Shown here piece by piece: positions 48,973 to 59,189 of a stretch of 64,000 nt of DNA. Position 1 is the first letter of the stretch. The number at the start of each line of letters is the position of its first letter. Source of the DNA: Candidatus Obscuribacterales bacterium. GTDB lineage: Bacteria; Cyanobacteriota; Vampirovibrionia; Obscuribacterales; Obscuribacteraceae. The DNA is taken from assembly GCA_965228855.1 (NCBI GenBank), contig CBDDIJ010000003.1, forward strand, positions 768,001-832,000, written 5' to 3'. A model generated the notes under the pieces. The model searched no databases, was not told where the DNA came from, and saw nothing but the letters and a program-made list of their open reading frames with translations. The position numbers and the translations under genes were made by a program.

Positions 48973-49199
48973 TCGACGGCTGAACAAGTTTTTCCATCTG
49001 ATTCTCGCAGGAGCGGACGTCCGGTCAAAAGCCGGACGTTGCTCTGTTTACCCAACCTTTCTGTAGAAACGCTTGCAAGGAGATTCTTGGTAATGAAACG
49101 TCGTCAAGCAATACCGCTGCGTTAATGTTGAAGCTAGTAAAAACTGTAGAATCTTCGTACTTCAGTTTTCGATAGCCACTTTTCGTCAGGATTTCATTC

Positions 49200-50171
49200 A
49201 TGAACAAACGCAAGATAGGAAAATCCGAACTCGCCGTAGCCCCGCTCAGTTTTGGATGTAACGTATTTGGGTGGACCGTGGACGAGAAAATGGCGTTCAA
49301 ATTGTTAGATGAGTTTGTTGACGCCGGGCTGAATCTTATCGACACGGCGGACGTTTACCCTGTGTGGCACCCGGGCAACAAAGGTGGCGAATCAGAAGCC
49401 ATCATCGGTAAATGGCTCAAACAGAGCGGCAAGCGCGACCGGATAGTGTTGGCAACTAAAGTTGGAATGAAGATGGCGCCGCAGCTCGGCACGGAGAGTT
49501 TATCCAGAAAGTACATTATGCAATCGGTTGAAGACTCTTTGAGACGCCTGCAAACAGACGTAATTGATCTGTATCAAGCGCATACCGATGATCCAAATAC
49601 ACCTTTGGAAGAGACGCTCGAAGCGTTTACCGAATTAATCAAGCTCGGGAAGGTCCGAGCAATCGGGTGCTCGAATTATAAAGCGGAGCGTTTGCAAGAA
49701 GCGTTGGGCACCAGTCGGGCGAAAGGATTCGCGAGGTATGAGTCGATTCAGCCTGAATACAATTTGTACGACCGCGAAAACTTCGAGGCAAATCTGGAAC
49801 CTCTCTGCGTCTCGGAGAGTATTGGGGTGATTACCTATTTCTCGTTAGCGCGCGGCTTCTTATCGGGAAAATATCGTTCCGCTGATGATCTGAGCCAAAG
49901 TCCTAGAGGTGAAGGGATTAAGAAATACTTGAACGAGCGCGGCTTCAAGATAGTGGATGCACTGCATGTGGTGGCGTCAGAGTTGAGAAGTAAGCCCGCT
50001 CAAATAGCACTTGCCTGGATAATGGCGAGACCCAGTATAACGGCGCCAATCGCAAGTGCTACTAATCTGGAGCAACTTGCTGATTTGATCTCTGCTTCAA
50101 AGCTCGAGTTAAGCGCCAGCCACTTGAGGCTTCTCGACGAAGCGAGTGCCTACCAATCGATATCTGTTTAG
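49200..50171 (+). CDS. Aldo/keto reductase
   Basis: GCNVFG, IDTADVY, GESE, LATK, SLRRLQTDVIDLYQAH, GKVRAIGCSN, QPEYNL. Confidence 0.95.
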   Translation: MNKRKIGKSELAVAPLSFGCNVFGWTVDEKMAFKLLDEFVDAGLNLIDTADVYPVWHPGNKGGESEAIIGKWLKQSGKRDRIVLATKVGMKMAPQLGTESLSRKYIMQSVEDSLRRLQTDVIDLYQAHTDDPNTPLEETLEAFTELIKLGKVRAIGCSNYKAERLQEALGTSRAKGFARYESIQPEYNLYDRENFEANLEPLCVSESIGVITYFSLARGFLSGKYRSADDLSQSPRGEGIKKYLNERGFKIVDALHVVASELRSKPAQIALAWIMARPSITAPIASATNLEQLADLISASKLELSASHLRLLDEASAYQSISV

Positions 50172-50179
50172 GAAGTTAT

Positions 50180-50211
50180 AGAGGCAGCAGTTCTCTTGGA
50201 ACGCTGCCTCT
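50180..50211. terminator. Hairpin between convergent AKR and SDR genes
   Basis: AGAGGCAGC...GCTGCCTCT. Confidence 0.65.
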
Positions 50212-50242
50212 GGTGGTTTGAGTATTTGCTTAGAATACCTGA

Positions 50243-51013
50243 TTAGTGTGACAATGCACCTTCCTTCGCTGGTGCGGCAAGCCTGTCGTTGAATTGAATG
50301 ACGAATGCTGCTTCGTTCGGCCCAGCGTTGTTTCTGAGCATCTTCGCGCGCTCGGTAAGAACTTCTTCGCTATCGGTTTCGAGAACTTGCATAGTCTCTG
50401 ATATGAACTCATCGAGAGGCATCTGGCGAGGGTCGTCGTTATCGCCCATCAGTTCGGTCTTGACCCAGGGCGGTGCGAGTTCTAAACACCTAACTGAGGA
50501 GCCAATCAGCTTATATCTTAGAGACTGGCTGTAAGAGTGCATCGCTGCTTTCGTCGAAGAATAAACAGCCGACATTGCCAGCGGGATAAATGCCAGACCT
50601 GATGTGACATTGATGACGTAAGAGCGCTCTTGCTTCTTCAGATGCTCAATCAGCGCACTAGTCATGCGCATCGGTCCCATAAGGTTTGTAGTGATCGTCG
50701 ACACAATCAGTTCATCATCCACTACGCCTGAAACGTCATCGGCCTGCATGATGCCGGCGTTATTGATTAAAACGTTCAGGTTCGGATGTTCATTGATTAA
50801 CTTTTGAGCAGCGGAGGCGATACTTTTGGTGTCTTCGACATCCAACACTACAAAGTGCATTCCTGGATTTGCCTTGCACACTTCTTCGAGGTGTCCTTTG
50901 CGTCTTCCAGAAATTATCACTTGGTTGCCGCGTTTATGAAAAGCCTCCGCGAGTCCGCGTCCGATACCGGAGCCGCCGCCGGTAATGAAAATAGTATTGC
51001 CGGTCAGTTTCAT
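50243..51013 (-). CDS. Short-chain dehydrogenase (DltE-like)
   Basis: MKLTGNTIFITGGGSGIG, NNAG, YSSTK, ELAPPWVKT; GGAG RBS before ATG 51013. Confidence 0.92.
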   Translation of the reverse strand: MKLTGNTIFITGGGSGIGRGLAEAFHKRGNQVIISGRRKGHLEEVCKANPGMHFVVLDVEDTKSIASAAQKLINEHPNLNVLINNAGIMQADDVSGVVDDELIVSTITTNLMGPMRMTSALIEHLKKQERSYVINVTSGLAFIPLAMSAVYSSTKAAMHSYSQSLRYKLIGSSVRCLELAPPWVKTELMGDNDDPRQMPLDEFISETMQVLETDSEEVLTERAKMLRNNAGPNEAAFVIQFNDRLAAPAKEGALSH

Positions 51014-51273
51014 AGAATCTCCCGTTTCCTTTTGACTAAAACGCCAATTATTCCACTGTTGGAACGAAAAAGCTGTGATCAAGTTGTATCGCTCGCGACG
51101 GCGATTATGTTACTTCCTCGGAAAGGGCTGCCGGGTCAGGTTTACGAGTTTGGCGCCGGTACCCAAGGAATCTGCTATACCGCTGGTGTTGGGTTTCAAC
51201 CCACTGTCAAACGCCAAGGGCGTGAAGTCAATAGAGATTGAACCTAACCGAAGTGTTTAACGAGGAGATTAAC

Positions 51274-51714
51274 ATGAGCACCGGATATTCCCACGAGTTT
51301 AATTCACTCCTGGCAGGTGAAATTTCAGCGGTCGAAACTTATGACCTCGCATTGAAGCGCGATTTCAGCGCCGATCTCGTCGACATGCTGATGCGTTGCA
51401 GAGATTCTCATTCCGCGCGCGTCGACAAGCTCGTAAATTGTGTGCTGGGGTCAGGCGGTACGCCAGACGAGAGTGGTGGCGCATTCGGTGCTTTCGCTCA
51501 AGTGGTGCAGAATTCTCAAAGCTCTGCGCATGATGCCTTGTCGCAGCTGGAACTATTCGAAGCCGAGAGACTGGTTCAATACGAGAATGCCAGAGGTATT
51601 GTGCCAGAAGAAGTAAAACAGGTGATAGATAGCGATCTGTTGCCCATGCAGCATGAGACGCACCTGATGGTGAGCACAGCATTGCGACAAATCAATCCGC
51701 TTCCGGCTCAGTAA
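51274..51714 (+). CDS. Ferritin-like DUF2383-type protein
   Basis: NSLLAGEISAVETY, H..RV..L, GGTP..SGG.FG, E...L..Y, Q.ETH; GAGGAG RBS. Confidence 0.8.
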   Translation: MSTGYSHEFNSLLAGEISAVETYDLALKRDFSADLVDMLMRCRDSHSARVDKLVNCVLGSGGTPDESGGAFGAFAQVVQNSQSSAHDALSQLELFEAERLVQYENARGIVPEEVKQVIDSDLLPMQHETHLMVSTALRQINPLPAQ

Positions 51715-51737
51715 TAGTTCATAGCTTTAAAAACTTG

Positions 51738-51770
51738 GAACTCTCCGCTCACTTCTGTGTCGGAGAGTTC
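51738..51770 (+). terminator. Hairpin downstream of the DUF2383 gene
   Basis: GAACTCTCCG...CGGAGAGTTC followed by TTG. Confidence 0.6.
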
Positions 51771-51869
51771 TTGCTGTTAGCAGCTCGGTTAACGCAGATG
51801 TATCATTCGCGCGTCACATCGATGTGACGGAGCCCACGACCTGCTATTCTGTCCTGTCGAATCTATCAA

Positions 51870-54452
51870 ATGAATCTTGAATCTCTTCCGATTGATAACG
51901 TTCTTCCGCAGTTGATAAAGCAACTGACGGCAGGTGGCGCTGTTGTTCTAAAGGCGGAGCCTGGCGCCGGCAAGACAACGCGCGTTCCTCCTGCAATCCT
52001 TGATGCCGGCTTAGCCGAACTTGGAAATAAACAGCCTGGACAGATCGTTGTTTTGCAGCCTCGACGAGTCGCTGCTCGTGCGGCTGCAGCGCGCATGTCT
52101 GAGGAACGAGGCACCGCACTCGGTGCTGACATCGGCTATCGCGTCAGACATGAGAGCAAGACTTCCAGGCTAACTCGAATTTTGGTTTGTACCGAGGGCG
52201 TATTTTTGCGACGGTTGCAAGATGATCCTCTCATAGAAGATGTGGCGGTTGTTATTTTTGACGAGTTTCACGAGCGCAGTATAGATGGCGATCTGGCTTT
52301 GGCTCTGACCGCTCAGGTTCGACGAGATGTGCGACCGGACCTGCGTGTAGTGGTAATGTCTGCAACTCTGGATAGTGCACCGATTGCGGCATTCCTCAAC
52401 AACTGCCCCGCTATTGAGAGCCCCGGAAAGACTTTTCCTGTCTCCATCGACTATTTGCAGTTTTCATCCAGTGCGCCTATCCAAAAATTTGCTAGTGAAG
52501 GGGTTGCAAAAATCCTTCCAGCGACCTCCGGCGACATTCTCGTTTTCTTGCCCGGAGTAGGAGAAATTCGAGAGACTCAATCGGCGCTTGAGTCAATCTC
52601 GGAGCTCCGAAACGTGGACATCATGCCGCTTTATGGCGAGATGCAATTGCAAGATCAATTGGCTGTCTTACGAAAAGGACCGAATCGCAAAGTTGTTCTC
52701 TCTACCAATGTCGCAGAAACTTCACTCACCATTGATGGTATCACTGCTGTGGTTGATAGCGGATACGCTCGGGTGAATAGATTTGAGCCGACTGTCGGAA
52801 TTAATCGTCTGGCATTATCGCGGATATCCAAAGCTTCTGCGGCGCAGCGTGCCGGACGAGCCGGTCGAACGGCGCCCGGAACATGTCTTCGACTGTGGAC
52901 TGAGCGTGAGCATATGGCTTTTCCGGAGTTTGAATTGCCGGAAATTGAGCGAGTCGATTTGTCTGAATGTATTTTGCAACTGTTAGCCTGGGGCGAGAGC
53001 AATGTTGAAACATTTCCCTGGTTTGAAAAACCGAGTGCGACTTCCATCGAGAATGCGTTGCAGCTTTTGGACCGGCTGGATGCGATCAGTAATGGAAAAC
53101 TGACGGATCTCGGCCGGACTATGGCTCGATTCCCGCTTCAGCCCAGAATGGCTCGCTTGCTGATTGAAGGGGCGAAATCAGGGCAGTCGAATCGCTCTGC
53201 CTTATGTGCTGCACTGCTCTCGGAAAGGCCACCGTTTCGAACAACTGATTCAGCGGTACCGGGTGCGCACCACACTGATTCTGACGTGTTGGAACAGGTG
53301 CGGGCAGTTGAAAACTTCGAAACTCATGGAATCAGAGATTCGATGATGGGAACTATCATTCCCGGCGCTGCCAAGCAAATTCTTCGAACAACGAAGCAGT
53401 TGATGAGACTTCTTCGGGATGCTGCGCCGGAAATTTCCTGCGAACCACAGTCCCATGAAGTAAAAGGTATGGGCAGCTCGGCGCCCGGACTTCAACTTCG
53501 GGCTGATGAAGCCGTTCTTCGAGCTATCATGACCGCCTTTCCCGATCGAATTTGTAAACGTCGGCAGCGGAAAGAGCGCCGTGCGGTGATGGTCGGTGGG
53601 CGGGGCGTTTTACTATCGGAACAGTCGAATCTTTTCGACTGTGAATTGTTCGTGGCTGTTGACCTGATCGATTTAAACAAATCAGACCTGATTGTCAGGC
53701 GCGCATCAGCGGTCGAGCGGAGTTGGTTGCCACAATCACACATCGCCACTTCTACCGATGTTGTATTTGATACCACGAGACAGAAGGTGGTTGCCTTGAA
53801 GCGTACGCGGTTTTGTGATCTTATGTTGGACGAAAACGTCACCAGCATGCCCGCAGATGTCGATCCAGGGGCGGTCCTTGCAGAGGCCGTGGCTGCGAAT
53901 TATGAATTTGAAACGCTTGTCGATGAACAGTCGCTCGCGTATCTGACTCGCCTGATGTGTTTGAAAGGCTGGATTCCGGAACTCGCCTTGCCTGAGTTTG
54001 GCTCGAATCCCTGGGAAACTTTTCTCCCCGCGCTGTGCTGTGGTGCCACTAGTATCAGTGAGCTTAAATCCAAGTCTATGATTTCAGCAATTCAATCTCA
54101 ACTTACACATGAGCAGTTAGTGAGCGTTGAACGCGAAGCTCCTGAATTCATAAGCATTCCAAATGGTCGAAAAGTAAAACTTCAGTACGAATTGGAGAAA
54201 ACACCAGTCCTCGCGGCTCGCATTCAGGAATTGTTCGGAATGAGTGAAACTCCTCGAATAGCGAGGTCCCGCATACCTGTGACGATGCACCTGCTGGCAC
54301 CGAACTATCGGATTCAACAGGTAACTGACGACCTAAATTCTTTCTGGAAAAACACCTACCCGCAGGTCAAGAAAGATCTAAAAGGAAGGTATCCGAAACA
54401 TAAGTGGCCTGATGACCCTTACCAACCGGTGGAACCGAGGGCCGCAAAATAG
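51870..54452 (+). CDS. hrpB: ATP-dependent RNA helicase HrpB
   Basis: PGAGKTT, QPRRVAAR, DEFHER, MSAT, TNVAETSLTI, QRAGRAGR, FWKNTY..KGRYPKHKWPDDP. Confidence 0.96.
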   Translation: MNLESLPIDNVLPQLIKQLTAGGAVVLKAEPGAGKTTRVPPAILDAGLAELGNKQPGQIVVLQPRRVAARAAAARMSEERGTALGADIGYRVRHESKTSRLTRILVCTEGVFLRRLQDDPLIEDVAVVIFDEFHERSIDGDLALALTAQVRRDVRPDLRVVVMSATLDSAPIAAFLNNCPAIESPGKTFPVSIDYLQFSSSAPIQKFASEGVAKILPATSGDILVFLPGVGEIRETQSALESISELRNVDIMPLYGEMQLQDQLAVLRKGPNRKVVLSTNVAETSLTIDGITAVVDSGYARVNRFEPTVGINRLALSRISKASAAQRAGRAGRTAPGTCLRLWTEREHMAFPEFELPEIERVDLSECILQLLAWGESNVETFPWFEKPSATSIENALQLLDRLDAISNGKLTDLGRTMARFPLQPRMARLLIEGAKSGQSNRSALCAALLSERPPFRTTDSAVPGAHHTDSDVLEQVRAVENFETHGIRDSMMGTIIPGAAKQILRTTKQLMRLLRDAAPEISCEPQSHEVKGMGSSAPGLQLRADEAVLRAIMTAFPDRICKRRQRKERRAVMVGGRGVLLSEQSNLFDCELFVAVDLIDLNKSDLIVRRASAVERSWLPQSHIATSTDVVFDTTRQKVVALKRTRFCDLMLDENVTSMPADVDPGAVLAEAVAANYEFETLVDEQSLAYLTRLMCLKGWIPELALPEFGSNPWETFLPALCCGATSISELKSKSMISAIQSQLTHEQLVSVEREAPEFISIPNGRKVKLQYELEKTPVLAARIQELFGMSETPRIARSRIPVTMHLLAPNYRIQQVTDDLNSFWKNTYPQVKKDLKGRYPKHKWPDDPYQPVEPRAAK

Positions 54453-54466
54453 TTTTGGATTTACTA

Positions 54467-55531
54467 TCACGCGGTGTGTTCCAGTAGTTCTGGCAGACCT
54501 GGCAGGACTTGCTCGTGCCAAAAGTATTCGGAAACGTGGAGCAAGAACGAGACGTTGGTTATGACGCCATACTGCGGGTCGCTTCTTGTATCCAGTGGCA
54601 TCAACTTTTGCAGATTGACTTTATCCTGGTAGGGCTTTGAAACAGCCAGGCTATATTGAACGCCGTGATGTGCGGCTATTGGCCCAAGCGATTTGCGTAG
54701 AACACTGATTCGGCAATCGTGATTCCGTTCCAGAAGAGATATAAGAGTGCCCGGATCGTAAACGGGCTGGTCCGTGCAATCTACTAGCACCACTCCTGGT
54801 AGCACTTCTCTGGCCGTCTTAGATAGATCCTGCGCCACCACAACGGCATCATCGTATGCGGCGACTCCTTTCATAAGTCGCTCTTCCGCCGCCTTATCAC
54901 CCTGGACCGCGGCTACCCAATCGGAGAAAAGTTTTTGCGTTGACCGTTCTCGAAGGTCGTGATTTTTAGCGTCGTATGACGGAAGCGTTGCCGCGCCCTT
55001 TGCCAACAGTTGTGAAATTGGACTACCCGTCACTTGCAGATAGGGCTCGCCGTCGAGCAACGCGGCGTCGCTATCTAGTTCTGAGTACGAAACACCCACC
55101 GCTTTCATGGCGGCTGTGAGACCGTCCGGATCCGGATCGGCGATAATTGCAACCGCGTCCTTAAATTCGCCCACCTCTACGAGCGTGCTGCAGGCCGGAT
55201 GAAGTCGGCGGACTGTAATAGCGCAATCTTCACCGAGTAGTTTCTCCAGTTTTGCCGTGCCTTGCTGGACCAACACGTCCCGCTGATTTACAGCCTCGCC
55301 GTCGATGCCATGATGGTCGCGGAAGAAAACTCTATATCCTTCCTCTTTCAATTTTACGACTGCTTCGACTGTTCGAAGTGTGATAGGAGTATCGATGAAG
55401 AGAACGGTTTCGCTTGCGCTGGAGCGCATCGCGTTCGCCTCACGCACGAACTCCAGAATATTTTCTACATCCCTGGATGTGAAGGCTTTGATGAATAGCG
55501 TCGGAACGCCGTTAATACTGAAAGAAATCAC
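54467..55531 (-). CDS. DHH-phosphoesterase-like protein with permuted motif order
   Basis: VLFID..., VFFRDHH, PACSTLV, then AIIADPDPDGLTAA. Confidence 0.6.
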   Translation of the reverse strand: MISFSINGVPTLFIKAFTSRDVENILEFVREANAMRSSASETVLFIDTPITLRTVEAVVKLKEEGYRVFFRDHHGIDGEAVNQRDVLVQQGTAKLEKLLGEDCAITVRRLHPACSTLVEVGEFKDAVAIIADPDPDGLTAAMKAVGVSYSELDSDAALLDGEPYLQVTGSPISQLLAKGAATLPSYDAKNHDLRERSTQKLFSDWVAAVQGDKAAEERLMKGVAAYDDAVVVAQDLSKTAREVLPGVVLVDCTDQPVYDPGTLISLLERNHDCRISVLRKSLGPIAAHHGVQYSLAVSKPYQDKVNLQKLMPLDTRSDPQYGVITNVSFLLHVSEYFWHEQVLPGLPELLEHTA

Positions 55532-55654
55532 TAAACTGTCCTAACCTTTCAGAACAATGGTAAATTCTTGAAAACGGCTATGGACGTTTAGATACGGCAT
55601 GTACGTTAAGCCTGTAAAATGTGAGGCGTATGCAAAGCCCGCAGGTACAACGTT

Positions 55655-56719
55655 ATGACAACTTCTCAAGCAGTCTCCTTTGACCCAAATAGCCTGGGTG
55701 AGAAGGATTCCAACATCTTCGGTTTGCCTTTTACCCCTGAAGAGGCGCAGATGGTGCTCATTCCCGTGCCATGGGAAGTTACCGTTTCTTACCGGGCCGG
55801 CACAGCAAGCGGTCCTGCTGCCATCATGGAGGCATCGAAGCAAGTTGACCTGTTCGAGCCTCTGTTGAAAGACGCCTGGAAAATCGGCTTTGCGATGATG
55901 GAAGTTCCCGAGAAGCTGGTCTTGCTAAATCAGGAGATGCGCGCCAAGGCAGAAGAGTACATCAATTTGTTATGTGATGGGGAAACGCCCGAAACAAATT
56001 CGGAAATGCAAAGCCTTCTAGCAGAGGTAAACAAGGCGTGTGCAGTCATGAACGCCTGGGTCAAGGAGACTGCGCAGGCTGTTTTGGATCAGGGAAAGTT
56101 TGCGGCGTTGGTCGGCGGCGATCATTCGACCCCGCTAGGACTCATGCAGGCGGTGGGTGAAAAACACGGCGAGTTTGGAATTCTGCATTTCGATGCGCAT
56201 GCTGACCTTCGTGACGCATACGAAGGTTTTACATACTCACATGCGTCCATCATGTTTAACGCGCTACGGGAAGTACCTCAGTTGAAGAAGCTGGTTCAAG
56301 TAGGGATTCGCGACTACTGTGAAGACGAGCGCAATCTGATTGATCAATCAAATGGGCGTGTCGTTACCTATTACGACCGCGATTTAAAGGCCAAAATTTA
56401 TAGCGGCGACTCCTGGAAATCTATCTGTCAGGAGGCAGTTGCAACGTTACCCGAGAAGGTGTATGTGAGCTTCGATATCGACGGTCTGGATCCGAAGCTG
56501 TGTCCCAATACAGGCACTCCTGTCCCGGGCGGTTTGGAACTAGAGCAGGCACTGTATATGGTGCAGGTTTTAGTTGAAAGCGGAAAGAAGATTGTTTCGT
56601 TCGACGTTAATGAGGTTGCTCCGGGAGAAGACGAATGGGATGCAAACGTCGGTGCGCGTTTGTTATATCGCTTATCTAATCTCGCGGCTTTGAGTCAAGG
56701 TCTGAAGCCGATTATATAG
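55655..56719 (+). CDS. Agmatinase/arginase (ureohydrolase) family protein
   Basis: GTASGP, GGDHS, HFDAHADLR, SHAS, SFDIDGLDP..PNTGTPVPGG, EVAP. Confidence 0.93.
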   Translation: MTTSQAVSFDPNSLGEKDSNIFGLPFTPEEAQMVLIPVPWEVTVSYRAGTASGPAAIMEASKQVDLFEPLLKDAWKIGFAMMEVPEKLVLLNQEMRAKAEEYINLLCDGETPETNSEMQSLLAEVNKACAVMNAWVKETAQAVLDQGKFAALVGGDHSTPLGLMQAVGEKHGEFGILHFDAHADLRDAYEGFTYSHASIMFNALREVPQLKKLVQVGIRDYCEDERNLIDQSNGRVVTYYDRDLKAKIYSGDSWKSICQEAVATLPEKVYVSFDIDGLDPKLCPNTGTPVPGGLELEQALYMVQVLVESGKKIVSFDVNEVAPGEDEWDANVGARLLYRLSNLAALSQGLKPII

Positions 56720-56966
56720 CTTCTGCGGTTTCTCGAAATGAATTTCAAATCTCCTATATAAGGAATAGTCAGGAGAAGGGAGCATCGTAGCAAAATGGTC
56801 ACAGGGGCGGAGTTTTGAGCCCCGCTGTTCGCGCGGATAGAAAATCTTGCGGATAAATTTCTGGTGGAAACACAGGCGGACTTCTTGCGTCTAGTGTTTT
56901 GTTCGGTACTGAAATCACTGGTTGTTTTTTGCGTTGAACTTATCGCGTTTAATCAAAGGAGTTATT

Positions 56967-57329
56967 ATGAAACGTCTTCTATCTATCGCAGCTATAGCGC
57001 TTGTCACCAGCGGATTCTTCGCGCCGGCAGCCAATGCTCAAAATATCTGGAATAACAATATCAATATGTCGCAGTCGCAATTACAAGCCCGTGTTAACAT
57101 GGGCATTCGAACTGGTGCGTTGACCAGACGTGAGGCAAATGATTTGCAATTTAAACTAAATCGCTTCGCGGACATCGAGCGCAGTATGCGTCGGCACGGT
57201 CTTTCGTTCAGAGAGCGAAACTCGCTAAATGTTCAGCTATCTAAGCTAAGCGCCGAAATTAATCGTCAGCTTTCAGACACCGATCGCAAGTGGAATAGAA
57301 ACCACAAGCGCCCTTACTGGTATCGCTAG
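56967..57329 (+). CDS. Small secreted helical protein
   Basis: AGGAG RBS; signal peptide ending ANA; GALTRREA..GLSFRERNSL. Confidence 0.75.
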   Translation: MKRLLSIAAIALVTSGFFAPAANAQNIWNNNINMSQSQLQARVNMGIRTGALTRREANDLQFKLNRFADIERSMRRHGLSFRERNSLNVQLSKLSAEINRQLSDTDRKWNRNHKRPYWYR

Positions 57330-57394
57330 GCAACGACGTTTTGCGGTGAGCAGAACGGGTTCAAAGTTACGACAATTTACCGAAACTTACGCCG

Positions 57395-57418
57395 AGGGAA
57401 GCAATTACTTGCTTCCCT
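57395..57418 (+). terminator. Hairpin downstream of the secreted protein gene
   Basis: AGGGAAGCAA-ttac-TTGCTTCCCT, perfect 10-bp stem. Confidence 0.6.
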
Positions 57419-57518
57419 TCGTGCTTAATAAGCATTCGAGAATCTTCAAAGGTTTCAACCATGGAAGTTGTGCTATACAACTTTATGGATAAAAGTTAGG
57501 ACGAAACTGGAGAGAAAA

Positions 57519-58493
57519 ATGAAACTGCTGGTCGCCGTGGACGGTTCCGAATGCTGTAGAGAAGCGGTCAGGCATCTGCGCTTGAGTGGAATTTCCATGG
57601 GCGCTCGGGTGCGGTTTGTGAACGTTATGAAAGTTGGCGAACTGGCAAAGAATGTCTCTCCGCTTCTTAATGAGACGATTTCGTTGCTAACCAACGCCAG
57701 TTCAGTGGAGACCATTTACCTGGAAGGTGATCCGGCCAGTCGCATTGTCGAGTATGCTGCCGAATGGGAAGCGGATTTGATTGCTGTTGCGACGAGCGAC
57801 AAGCGCGGTTTAGAGCGGCTTTTATTGGGAAGCGTGGCGCGGTCAATTCTCACGAACTCTGATTGCCCGGTGCTGGTGCTTCGTGGAGAACCGGCGTCAA
57901 TGAATAATGTGCTGGTCGCGGCTGATGATAGCGATAGCTCAGCTGCCGCCGTGGAGTGGCTCTCCAATCAAAGTTGGGCGAAACATAAAAATCTTGCTCT
58001 CCTGTCCGTTATGCATGAACTGCCGCTATCATTCGAATCGGAGTTTAGTAGTGTGGAATCTGCCTCGGAATCACTTTTGCGTAAGCAGCGGGAAGAAATT
58101 CGTTTGGCACACCTGACTCAATGTTGGAGTGAGTTGTGCGCCTCACATCTTCAAAAAACTCAGATACCATTTGTCGTTACCGATGGTCTTCCGAGTGCTT
58201 CAATTCTCGAGCTGTCAAACAGTTGGCCGGTTGATCTAATTGTGCTTGGTTCAAATTGCCGAACAGGTATGGATAAATTGATTCATGGCAGCGTCTCGGA
58301 GGCGGTTGCTGACAAAGCAAATTGCTCCGTGCTGGTGGTACGAGATGTGGTGGCAACCAAATTCGAAGAGATACGCATTCAGATAGGGGTATCGACCCAA
58401 ATTGGAACTGATGCTCCGCCAAGCCAGAAGGGACGAGTCAGTACTTCCTTGGCCGTAAATGATTTTGCTCCGCATTTCCCTGCAATGATGTGA
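57519..58493 (+). CDS. Tandem-domain universal stress protein
   Basis: LLVAVDGS..GDPA..DLI..GSVA..CPVLV, and a second NVLVAADDS..DLIVLGS..GSVSE..CSVLV. Confidence 0.92.
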   Translation: MKLLVAVDGSECCREAVRHLRLSGISMGARVRFVNVMKVGELAKNVSPLLNETISLLTNASSVETIYLEGDPASRIVEYAAEWEADLIAVATSDKRGLERLLLGSVARSILTNSDCPVLVLRGEPASMNNVLVAADDSDSSAAAVEWLSNQSWAKHKNLALLSVMHELPLSFESEFSSVESASESLLRKQREEIRLAHLTQCWSELCASHLQKTQIPFVVTDGLPSASILELSNSWPVDLIVLGSNCRTGMDKLIHGSVSEAVADKANCSVLVVRDVVATKFEEIRIQIGVSTQIGTDAPPSQKGRVSTSLAVNDFAPHFPAMM

Positions 58494-58605
58494 GAAAATC
58501 TTCGCGTTCGTGACCTGGACCGAGAACAATAAGTTGCTCACACCAGGACGTCGGATTTTTTTGCTGGTGTATTATTGGTTTACTCTATGAAGGAGCGAAC
58601 CGCCC

Positions 58606-59184
58606 GTGATATCACATGATCTATTCCAGCATATTCGTTTGATTGTCGGTATGATTATGAGCCTTGCCCTGGCGCGCTTGCTAAACGGCTCCGCTCGGTT
58701 TATTCAACATCCGACGAAAGTCAAAGTTTATCCCGTGCATATCGGCTGGGTCTTTACCCTGCTACTGTTTCTCGTCCATTTTTGGTGGTGGGAGTTTCGC
58801 CTGGAAGACATTCACAATTGGACATTTGAAACTTATCTGCTGATAGTTTCCTACGTCATATCGTTTTTTCTTCTATCAACGCTGTTATTTCCCGACGACA
58901 TGAGTGAGTACGCCGGCTTCGAGGATTACTTCAAATCTCGGCGCAAATGGTTCTTTGCTATTCTCGCGGTCACTTTCGTGCTTGATACTTTTGATGGGTT
59001 AGTCAAAGGAGCCTCTTACATCGCTCATCTCGGTCTTGAGTTTCCCTGGCGAAATGTTGTCAGTGTTGTGCTCTGCGTCGCTGCGATGTTCATTCGCAGC
59101 GAGGCTTTTCAAATTGGCTTTGTTGCGGTGACTTTATTGTATGAGTTATCTTGGATTTTCAGGCTGTACCATACGGTTCAATAA
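58606..59184 (+). CDS. Integral membrane hypothetical protein
   Basis: AGGAG RBS; about 6 TM; HFWWWEF, LLFPDD..Y, YF..RRKWFF. Confidence 0.75.
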   Translation: MISHDLFQHIRLIVGMIMSLALARLLNGSARFIQHPTKVKVYPVHIGWVFTLLLFLVHFWWWEFRLEDIHNWTFETYLLIVSYVISFFLLSTLLFPDDMSEYAGFEDYFKSRRKWFFAILAVTFVLDTFDGLVKGASYIAHLGLEFPWRNVVSVVLCVAAMFIRSEAFQIGFVAVTLLYELSWIFRLYHTVQ

Positions 59185-59189
59185 GGACT

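Noticed and set aside
51110..51225. Hairpins between the SDR and DUF2383 genes as riboswitch or tRNA
   Set aside because: No cloverleaf or T-loop, and the conserved c-di-GMP-I linker is absent; stems are rich in G-U pairs
55532..55654. Guanidine riboswitch upstream of the agmatinase-family gene
   Set aside because: No twin ACGR hairpins or ykkC consensus visible
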